Shown here one piece after another: positions 13,011 through 39,600 of a stretch of DNA of 64,000 nt. The notes under the pieces were generated by a model. The model saw only the letters and a list, made by a program, of their open reading frames with translations, was not told the origin of the DNA and ran no database searches. Within the stretch, counting starts at the first letter, position 1, and each line of letters opens with the position of its first letter. Source of the stretch: Lama glama (Eukaryota); the NCBI GenBank assembly GCA_028534125.1, contig CM052818.1:1800001-1864000 (forward strand), read 5' to 3'. The translations under genes were made by a program, and so were the position numbers.

Positions 13011-14245
13011 TTTGCTGGCTCTACCGGGCTGCACACATGTCAGGCATTTGCAAAGTGCAATGTCTATTTCTTTGGGCATAGAAAGGCCCAGGACACTCCT
13101 GGGGAGTTTTGTGCATCCCTGAAGAGCAGATCTGCCCCTGTGGATGGGTGCTTTCTGAGCCCGGGAAGAGGGTGTAAAGGCTGTGCCTTGCCCACTGTCT
13201 ACATCTTCCGAAAGGGCCTGAGGCCTGCCCTCTGTGTTCCCCCAGCCCCTCTGCTAAGCAAAGCAAAGTTCACCCCGGCAGAACTCCGCTTGAAACGGTG
13301 TTCCTGGGACTGACCCGCAAGTCTGCTCTCACTGATTTCAAGGTGCCTATCAGGCTACAGCGGGGGAAGTAGGGGGGCCGAAGCTCAGAGCACTCCAGGC
13401 AGCAGCTGAAGCCCTGGGGTGTGCCCCGGGCTCCATGGAAAAGGGCTGGGGAGATGGGCAGGGAATATTCTGTCCTACGGTCCAGTCCGTCTCCCAGAGC
13501 CTCATGGGTTGAGCTGTGACCCATCTTGGAGGCAGTGCACAAGGTGCCAACCATCCTCCTTTCACCAAAGGTAGGGCTCGATCATGCTTCTGAAGACTGG
13601 GGTTCAGTTTGGGGTCCAGACACTCTATGACCAGGATTAAGGGTCAGTCTAGGATTAGGCTCGGGGGTCTGTTTTAGGCCAAGTTTATGGGTCAGACCAC
13701 AGTCTGGATCAGGGCTCAGTGTGAGGCCAGGGCTCTGGGTCCATCTGAAGTGGGTGGAAGAATGTCCCCTATGGCATCTTACTGGTCAAGAGGGCTGCTG
13801 ACTCTCCCCTGTCCCCCGTATTCCTACTCTCCCTCCCAGCTCTGCAAGTCTTAGGGAATCATAATACCACGGCTTTTCTTCTTTTTTTCCCTAAGTACTC
13901 TTTGGGGTTTGAGCAGAGAGATGGTTCCAATTAGGAAACCCAGCGACTATTGCTGTGAAGCCACGCCGTCCCCATAGACATTCCCCAGGACCCCACTTGG
14001 TTGGCTGGGCAATAAAGACTCAGAATGACTCCCGCATGCCCCCTCCCAACTCCCACCTGAACAGGAGGAGAGGATGGAAGTGCCCAAAGCCATCAGTGAA
14101 GTCGGGGGAGGGGAAGACAATAAGTTCCTGGAGACTTTTGCTGTGATCCCGGCAGAGCAGACACCTTCCGTGGTCTCTTGAGGTTGGAGGCGGGTGTGTT
14201 GCGTGAATTTGTTGACAATAATCGCCTAAGTATGTGTGCCTGCGC

Positions 14246-14250
<5 letters not shown>

Positions 14251-14293
<43 letters not shown>

Positions 14294-14312
14294 GCGCACG
14301 CGCGCGCGTGCG
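14251..14312. repeat. (TG)n-(CG)n alternating purine-pyrimidine tract
   Basis: 62 nt of strict alternation. Confidence 0.95.
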
Positions 14313-16087
14313 AGTGTGGGTGCACACAAGGGTGCTCAGTATTGGCCTGTGCATCTATTTGCATCTCTACAAGGCTGTGTCCATCCTTTCAGAGGTTGAT
14401 ACCTCCACAGGTGGTTCCCCAAGGTCACCTTGGGTGTTTGGCCACCTCTGGGGAGTGCTGTGTCTGGAGATCAGGCTAGACTCTGAAGGCTCTTCGAAAC
14501 AGCAGGGCGTCAATAATCTTCCCTAGCCCCATTCTCGCCCAGCCTCACCCCCAGGTAGGAACGGTGTGGCTTTGGTATCAGGGCTCCTGGGTACCCAGTC
14601 TAGAGTTGACTGTCCTGTGAAACTTCCCTGCTGCAAGGGTGCGCCTCTGCTCTCTCTTTCTGGGGTCACAGTGGCCCTCACAGAGACTTTATGAGTGTCT
14701 GGGCCCCAAGCCGCCAGGGATGGAGGTCTGAAGGCGCTGAGGCAGAAGCGGAGCCACTTAAGAGTGTACATGCAGGCCCTTGGGGTTCGTCTTCCACCGT
14801 GAAAGGAGCCGGAGGGCAAGGGGAGCAGGAATTGCTTCCCCCTGAATCTGTAGTGCTACGACTGTCCACCAGGTGGGGTTCCAGGGCAGAGAGTGAGAGT
14901 CGAGATGCCCCAGCGCTAGAAGCAACAGACAAGCTTTTAAATCTCCGCCTGCCCCATGAACCTCGGAAGCGCTCACACAGGGAGGGACAGCACAGATGCT
15001 CGCCCCTTAGACACTCACACGCATTCTCTTCTGGGGAACTCTGAAATAGAACTCTCATTGGGTGCAGGGAGGTGTTAAAAGGGGAGTCTAGTTTCGTTTA
15101 CACACATAAAATCCTCAACTGAAGGTTAGGTCTTCTGATCTGAGAGTACGAGAATGAACGAGGGGGAAACGGGGCTGGAGAAACAAGACGCGCGGGAGAG
15201 GGCGAGGCAGGCGCTAGCTAGACGCTGTCGGGGTTGGCAAGCATAGCTCCATGTATCACAGACACGCAGGAGGAGAGGCCAGATGACAGACGGATGCACG
15301 ATGCACAGACACACATCCAGCTCCAGAGAGAACACAAGCCCGCAGACACACTACATAGCTCCACAGACGTCGGGCCGACCGGGGGACCCACACGCGCGCG
15401 CACACAGGTGCGGCCCCGGGCCACACGCACCTCTTGCACAGGCACGCGCACTGGGCCCTCAGAGGCGGGCTGGGAGAAGGTGACCGCGCTCACCCGGCAT
15501 GTTTATTTACTAATTTATCAATGAACACTTGTACCCGACTCCTCCTGCCTCCGGGTGCCGGGGCCGCCGCATTTGTCCTCGGCGCGGGACATTCACCGGG
15601 ACCAGCATCGGGGTCCCTCCGACGCTGCGGAGGGCTGGGGGACTACAAAATTAGAGGGTCTCAAGGTGTCCGAGAGGAAGGGCTGCAACGTTAGCGGCCC
15701 GGGACGCAGACGGGGAGAGGGGAACGTCGGGGTCTTGTAGGGTAAGCCCTATGGAGAGGGGGAGGGGCCTTGGCATCCGAGGTTTGGTGATGTCCGGGTC
15801 CGGGATGGGGGACCCCAGGGTGAAGGGATTGGGAGTAGCAAATGAGAAGATTGAGGGTTCCTGGCAGATAGGAATCACGGGGTTCCGTGGGATAGGGGCT
15901 GGGGACCCTAAGCACAGGTTCAGGGGCTTTTGGAGCCCTCATTCGAGTGGCAGTCCGGCAGAGACCTCAGCTGCTGGGGCGACGGCCCAGACGGGACTGC
16001 CTGGGGTGGTGAAAGGGGGCCTGGGAGGGAGGAAAAGAGGGAGGGAAGTAGCCTAGCAGCCAAGCGGGCACCGTGCGAGTGCGCACC

Positions 16088-16129
16088 GTGTGTGTGAGTG
16101 TGTGTGTGAGTGTGTGTGTGTGTGTGTGT
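16088..16129. repeat. (TG)n microsatellite, interrupted, in promoter
   Basis: Direct reading. Confidence 0.9.
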
Positions 16130-16408
16130 CTCATCTCGTCCGTCCGTAGGTGCCGGGCTCAGCGAGACGCCAGCAAGAAGGAAGAAGAGGCGAGAGGTGA
16201 ACTGAGTTTGATCCTGCGGCGGCTACAAGTGGGTCCGGGGCGGGCGGCGGGCTGCGGGCGGCCGGGGCGGGGCGGGAGGCCGGCGGGCGCTCACACGCTC
16301 CGGCCGCCGGCCTCTCACCACGCCTCCGGCTTTTGTGAGCGCGGGGGGGTGGGTGGGGGGTGGGGGTGGGGGGGCTGGCGGAGCGCCCACGGCGCAGCCT
16401 CCCGCCTC

Positions 16409-16447
16409 TATATAAACACACGCATCGCCTGGCTTTGGGCTCAAATT
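16409..16447 (+). promoter_or_regulatory. Putative CYP26B1 core promoter: TATA box and initiator
   Basis: TATATAAA at 16409-16416; TCAAATT (YYANWYY) at 16441-16447 with the A 32 nt after TATAAA; GC boxes (GGGCGG) at ~16238-16290. Confidence 0.65.
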
Positions 16448-17244
16448 CAGATTGAGAGAAGCTTTTAAAACCATCAGCCCTGAAATCCTGCCTCCTGCTT
16501 TTCCTCCTCTTTCATTCCTTTTGCCTTCCTTTCCTTTTCCCCCTTTTCTTCCCCCAGCAGCAACTCCAGAGCCGAGAGACTGCGTCCCAGGACGGACTGC
16601 TTTTTCTTAATTGATACAATAGCCCAGCTCGGGTTTTCACCTCCTCCCCCAACCCCACCCCGCCTCACCCCTCCCGCCCGCCGCCGCCGCCGCCGCCCCA
16701 GCGCCCGCCCGGGGCTCTGTCGCCGGCTGCGTCCCGTCCCGGCCGCGGTCCGCCGGCTCCGCACCCGCGCCCGCCGCGCCGCCTCGCCCGCCGCGCCCGC
16801 CTCGGGGGTGCAGCGGCGACTCTGGGGCTCGGGCGCGCCGCCCGGGGCAGCCCAGGCACTCTGGGCTCGACCTCTCCACTAGCCTCAGCCGGGGAGCCTT
16901 CCCCCTCTCACCCAAAGTTTCTGGGGTTCGTTGGAATTTGGGATTCAGGAATTTTTCCTTTTTTTTTTCCACCTAGGAATTTGAGGGGAAAACTTTCGGC
17001 AAATCGATCGTATTTTCTCTCCGCTAGTTCTCTGTCCCCCTTCTTTTATTTTTTTTCGAGCAGGGGAAGGGGCTTACGAGAGAGGCTCCCGCTGGACAAA
17101 GTTTTCCAAAGTTTTCCGAATGTGATGGTTGCGGGGAGAGCTAATTCACCAGCTTGATTCACGGCTTCATCTCACCACCCCTCGAGCAGCCCCCAAGCCC
17201 TCTATAAGGGAACAAACAAACAAACAAACAAAGTTACACTCTGA

Positions 17245-33446
<16,202 letters not shown>

Positions 33447-36400
33447 GGCGCCAGGCCCTAGAGGGGTGGGCGGCGATGGGAGGGTAGAAACCTGTGTGTG
33501 GGCGGGGGCTGGAGCCCGGGGAAGAGGGAGGGCCCCCCAGACCTTGCCCTCCCCTGCCCCTCTCCCCAGCAAGCCCCACCCCAAGTCGAAAGGGCCCCGT
33601 CCTTGCAGGGCGGGGCCCTTCCCCAGCCCTGCTTCTCTCCAGTCTCTCCAGTTCCCACCAGCTTGGCTCCCGGGAAAGGGCGTGGCCCCGGCCCTGCGTG
33701 CCCGGCACAGTGTTAAATGTCGGTGGGCTGTGCTGCAGCCTTTGCTTGTGATGTTCTGCCCTGATCTCTCCCCTCCCTCTTCTTTTGGACTCTTTTAGTT
33801 TGAGGTCAGGTGGTTGACATGGGGGAGGAAGGAAAAGAGGTGCTCCCTTTGGCCCTCTCTTCAGCGCCCCCTCCCCTCTGCCTGGGCTTAGACAGGCCGA
33901 GTGCCCCTCTGGGTGTGGCCACTGGCACCCGCAGGAACAGCATCTTGGGTAATAGAACAACAGTCACCCTTGTCAGGCTGGGCTGTCACCAGCCTGGAGG
34001 CCCTGCCCCTTGCCATTTTGGACATTTGAAATTACCTATTGCTGCTACTTTTTCTCTCTTCTGACCTTGGGGCAAAGGAGCCCCACGCCCTGTCCTCCCA
34101 GCATCCTCCCTGGTGGCCCTGGGCACGCGCACTGACATCCCCACCTTCCCACCAGGTGGCCTGGAGCCCACCCTGCTCCCTGTTACACACACACCCAAGG
34201 CCCTCGGCTCATGGGCTGCCCCCCAACACTGTCCCTATTTATTCACTGATACCACCTGGGACTGGAACTAGCGTGTCCTCTGTCCCCTGGCCTCCATCCC
34301 AGCTGTCCCCGGCAGGACTTCTGCAAGCTACACAGCCCCCCAGGCCTAGGGTCGAGCAGCACCCTAGTCGCCAGACCTTCTGTGGGTTCAACCTCAGAGC
34401 CTCACTCCCGGGGTGAAGTCCAGCGCCTCTGCCTCTGTCCCCTGCTGGAGATGGGGAAGCAGCCCCCTGCCTCCCTCCCGGCTCCGTCTGAGACCTTGAT
34501 CACAGCGGGGTTCGGAGGCTGCCACCGTCTCCCACTCGGTCACTCTTCACCCCGGTGCCCCCTACTCTGGCTAGTGAGTATGGGGAAGGATACGGGTTCT
34601 TTCTTCTGATGGGGAGCCAGGCCTCTGTCATCCCCCACTCAACCCTCTCCCTTTGCCCGTTGCCCTTTGTCCTTGGAAAGGTGTCCCTGAAGTCCCTCCC
34701 CACCTCTGTGCCACTGTCTGCTTAGCCCAGCTCAGGGGGGTGGGGACTGGAAGAAGGCAAGGGGAGGTGTGTGCAGAAGCAGCCCTTCCTCACAGCTGGC
34801 CCGGGGTCTGCGCAGGGCCTGAGGCAGCTGTGAGGGGCGCTGCAGGGAGAGCTGACGAGGAGGGTATGTGATTTGTGAGAACTGGCCGGTCAGGGGATGA
34901 GAGAGGAGTAGCTCCTGCCGCTGGCCTTTGGAGTGTTGGGAACAAGACATGCCTCCCAGGGATGTTTTGGGGCCTTTGGTGAGTCTCGGAGTAATTTTGT
35001 CTGTTTTCAGATTTTTTTTTGCTTTTCGTGTTTCTCTCTTGGCTTTTGATGTTATGAAAAAGCGATGATTTGTCTTTATGAGAAAATCGAAAACACACAG
35101 AAGAGGAACGCAGGACACTGATCCCCCTAATTACCCCTCCTCCGTATCAGTAAGCACTGCGAGCAGCTCCGTGGCCCCCAGACGGGGTTCGGCGGGCAGG
35201 TGGCGCATCCCCCTCCTGCCCCATTTCCACCTGCCTGGTGGTGGGCTCCGCAGGAATGGCTCGTGCCCCACGGACCACTCTGTAACCCCATGCGCAAGCT
35301 TTTCACTCATTCCTACCTTTTCACTGTTAAAAACACCAGTGCAGCACAGATATTATCAGCAAAAGTTGACATTAAAAAAGTTAGTGATATCTCTGTCTCG
35401 CCACATTCTGAAAAACAGGCAAAAAGTGTGTAAAGACTCATCAAAGTTTGCAAAATAGCTGTATGGTGCAGCAGAATTTGTTACCTACAGAAAGCCCCGT
35501 GTCTGGAGGGCCGTGCCCCTCTCAGCTGACCCAGCCCCAGACAATTGTTGACTGAATATCTGAGAGTAAGTGCGTGCAGCTTCAGACAGGAAGCCCGCCG
35601 GGCCTGGCCCGGCTGAGGGGCGGGGAGGCTGGAGGGCCGCGGGGGGGCCTCAGTGGCCTTCGCTTTGGGTGACCAGCCTGGGAGGGGCCGAGAAGGCGAG
35701 GCTGAGGGCATCCCCGTGACGGAGGGAAAGAGGGATCGTTTGCCCCGCTGGGTCTCAAAGGCAATAAGAAGAGAACAGAAGAAAGCTCTTGACTGGCTGA
35801 CAGGAGGGTTCCAGTGTCGAAATTCACCCGTCTCCGTAGGTCCATCCGTGTCTGCATCTGTGTATAGGTTCTCTAGAGGTAGCATTAGATGAGCAGTGTT
35901 TTCTCACTTAGCATTCCTAACTATTGTAACTTGACGTTAAAGAGACAAAACCCCACACAACTCTTTCTGCCACGGGCTTGCAGATTGAAGCACTTTCGAT
36001 GTTGGGCGCTGGCATATGTGTTCTGGGCACCATCGTGACCCTGCCCAGATCGCTATAATGTTATTTTATACACAAAACTTTTTTTTTCATAAATGTTATA
36101 ATTTTGTGTCTGTCTTTATAAACTATTATAAGTACTATTTTTGTTATAATTCAAAATAGATATTTAGTATAAAGTTTTTGCTGTTAAATATTTGTTATTT
36201 AGTAAAATATGAATTTTTTCTCTATTGTAAACATGGTTCAAATATTAATATGTTTTTATCACAGTTGTTTTAATATTGAAAAAGCACTTGTGTGTTTTGT
36301 TTTGATATGAAACTGGTGCCGTGTGAGTGTTTTTGCTGTCATGTGGTTTTAATCTGTATATAATATTCCATGTTGCATATTAAAAAATGAACGTTGTGCA

Positions 36401-36470
36401 TTTTGTGATTTTGGAAATACTCAATGTGGCTCTTTTATAGGCTTCCATAATAAACCGTGGGGACTCACCC
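33447..36470 (+). other. CYP26B1: CYP26B1 3'UTR (~3.0 kb), GC-rich proximal half and AU-rich distal part
   Basis: Runs from the stop codon to AATAAA at 36449, followed by a GU-rich tract; exact end inferred. Confidence 0.8.
36449..36454 (+). terminator. Polyadenylation signal AATAAA (variant ATTAAA at 36379-36384)
   Basis: AATAAA followed ~17 nt later by TTGTTTGGTTTTCTGGT (GU-rich downstream element); upstream TGTA motifs. Confidence 0.8.
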
Positions 36471-39400
36471 TTGTTTGGTTTTCTGGTCTCTGCCTTCTCA
36501 GCTCCCTGGAAGGGTCCTCCTGGCCACCCATGTTCCCCTGAGAGACTGACACCCCGTCCCACCTGTGAGGCGGGACATTCTTTCCCGAAACATTTGTCCT
36601 GAGAGGCCAACCCACCGTTCCTTGTGCGAAGGTTCAGAGAAGTCCATGGCCTGCCCTGCGAGGAGCAGGTTCCCTGGGGAGGGGAAGATGTAACTGGATG
36701 GCCACTGTCCCCAGAGGCCTGCTGAGGGCCAGGGCAGCTGGAGCCAGCTCCAGGCCGAGTGAGGTTGGGCCTGGCCGGGCCAGGTGTCTGGGTCCTAGAC
36801 ACAGCAACCCACGGTGCTGAGGGCCTGATCTCAGAGTCCGTCTTGTTACCATGGATGAGGACACTGGTGTCCACAGCCACAGGGCAAACTGGACAGTGGA
36901 ATTCAGTTCTCCTGACTTCCAGCCTCATGCCCCATGAGGCGAGCTCTCAGAGCCTATTTCGTGGGTATGGCCCGAACAAATAGATTCCAGGAGCAAATCA
37001 GTTTGGGGAAAGGGTTAAATAGAGTTAGGCAGATTCCTTCTCTGTGGGACTTCTCAGGACCTTGAGCCCCGGGATGGGGACACCGAGGGACTACATAGTG
37101 TAGAATGCGCACATCGCAGGGCTCCCCAAGCCCACTGATGACTGAAACCATGTCCCCTTTGTCCGTTGCCACACTCCAGAAAGGTGCTCTGCAACCTGAC
37201 TGCCGCCGAGCCTAGAGGTGACCCCGCAAAGGTCATGATGTCCAATGTGAGACAAAGGACATCCAGGGCAGACCCCAGACCCGAGCGACTGTGGGCAGGG
37301 AAAGATGATAGTGAGCGGTAGAGCTGTGGCCCCTGGAGCTGCACCAGGACCCGGGGGGCCCGGCCCTGGCAAGGCCAAGATCTCACAATGCCCAGCTGGT
37401 CCCGGCCTCGATTTTGCCTGGTGCCCTCCCTGCCAGCCTGGGAAGCACCCCCCGCCCCCCGCACCGGCCTGAGAAAGGCCTTTTTGAGGCTGCAGTGTCT
37501 CTTCTCCGTACAGTCGGTCAGACCCTAACTCAGCTCAGAGCCCTGGGCCCAGATACATCCCAGGACACGGGGGCATCCTGCTGCCTGGGTCACAGAGCCT
37601 GGCCGCCCAGATAAGCCCCCCAGCATCTCCTGAACTGTGCCACCAGGCTGGCTGCTCAGCGAGCCTGACCACCCAGGCCTTTGCCCTGGGTCATCCTTCT
37701 GCTTCACCTCTCCCCAGCATGCCCAGGTCTGCGCCCCGAGTCCTAGCCTCCACCCTGGGGACGGGAGGGCATGCTGATTCCGTTTTCCATGAGCTAAAGC
37801 AGAGTCTCAGTGTAGGCAGAGACCTGCCCACAGCCGCACAGAAGCAGAGGGTGGTCCTGGGCCCAAACGGGGGCCACCTGTCCCTCCCAGCGCAGGCCCA
37901 ATCCGAGGGGCTCCCCCACACAGAGGCCTCCAGGGTCAGGAAGAAGCAGCAGCAACAGCCCCAGCTTCCCCTGGGAGACGTGCCAGCGGAAGGTGGTAGT
38001 TTTTCAGAGCGCAGATTCCATCTCTGCCGGTGGAATGTCCTGTGCGGCAGCAGAGGTGAGGGAAGTGTGGTCCTTGGGCTGCCCTGGGTCTGACCGCCCT
38101 GCCGCGGGGCGGGAGGGCCCAGCTGGGCGGGTGGCTGGCCTGTCATCACCCAGTCTGTCCTGGCCTCTCCTCCATGGGCCCAGTGGGCCGGTGACGTCCC
38201 GCACACGGCGGCCGGCCCCTGGGATCTCCTGGCCTGGCAGGAGAACACAGGCCCTTGTGGACAGGCCAACACGGCCGCTGTTTGTCCACGGGATGGGGCG
38301 CCAGCTTGGAGGGAGCTCACAGACCGCACATTCTGCCACCTCCCAGCACTTTTCCAAAACAGCCAGGCCTTGGTTGGGCCTGGCGGCCTGAGGTGGCCGG
38401 GGGCTGGGAGCCAGGAACAGAACAGGGCCGCAGGGCCAGCAGGGTGAGGGGACCAGGTGGGGGCAGACACTGCACTTTGCCAGAGCAGCCAGCGCAGCTT
38501 TGAGGGGCCCTGGGGGTGAAGAGTGAGCGCGAGAGGAGGCCTGTGTGGGTCTGTGTCTGGCGCTAAAGCAAAACAAATCCGGCTTGCCTCCTAGGCCTCC
38601 GGCTGAGCCAGCCTCCGTTCCTCTAGAGGCCCCGGGGTGCTGAGCGAGGGATACAGACAGTGACGGGGAAATAGCAGGCAGGGAGGCGGGCTCTGCTCCG
38701 CGTCTCCTGCCCCACTCCCCTTTCACCTGGTTGGTCTGCCTCAAGGTTTGGCCTCCACTGGCCTCCCCCACCCCCAGGACTCTGGCCTCCCAGGAGACAC
38801 ATTCCAGCCCCTAAAGCCTTGGCCTCCCAGTAAAGGGACTGCCTCCCCTCAACACCCCAAGCCCCGGGCACTCTGAGACTCTGGCTCCCTCCAATTGCTC
38901 CCCCATTCTGCACAGCAGGTGAGTGACAGCCGAGCCTGCAAAGACTTCCGCAGGAGTGTGGCTCTGTGACACCCCCCTGGAAGCAGCCAGGCCTGCCCTG
39001 GGGGCTACCAGAGGGGCAGTAGGGATTCTGTGGCTGGCAGTAGTCATGTGGCCAAGTTGCTGGCCCATGGGAGGATCCCAGGCTCCCTGGGAGGGAACGT
39101 GGGTAGTCTGGGAGGCAGGTGGGCCGTGGGTAGGGTGCACCTGCTTGGCTACCGCCCCATCCGTCCGGGCTTGTCTGCATCCACAGAAGCCCTTTTGGCC
39201 TTGCCCAGTATAAATGTGACATTTTGGTAGGTCCTTCCTTCCCACAGCTGCTTCTTCTCTGGGGTAGGGGCGGAGTGGTGGCCTATGATTGGCCGCCCAA
39301 GGCAGAGGGGTGAGGGGATTGTGGGACGGGACAGGTGGAAGTGAAATTCACACCCAGGACACAGCCAAGGAGGGAGGGAAATGAGCTAGCAAGGTGGGGG

Positions 39401-39600
39401 AAGGTCAGGGCTGCTGACATGATGTGTCAAGAGTGCAGGAAGAGGGTGGGTGATGAATATTTCAAAGTAGAAAAGCTCTCAAGTGGAAGCCTTGCCTGCT
39501 TATGGTGAGGTGGTTTGCATTATTATGATGTCAACTCCTCCTCCATCAAAGTAAAGACTGCCATGTTTCCAAGGGTTTTGTGCGACTGTGCGTGCGTGTG

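Noticed and set aside
13601..13740. Cluster of GGGTCA/GGTTCA half-sites including imperfect DR5 GGTTCA-GTTTG-GGGTCC
   Set aside because: Part of a degenerate simple repeat, with the mismatch at a critical base; one-mismatch DRs are expected by chance
36070..36175. Short hairpins in the distal AU-rich 3'UTR
   Set aside because: Pairing is easily explained by very high A/T content
37691..38771. Two overlapping ~255-aa ORFs on the - strand
   Set aside because: No recognisable protein family; stop-poor GC-rich sequence explains the length
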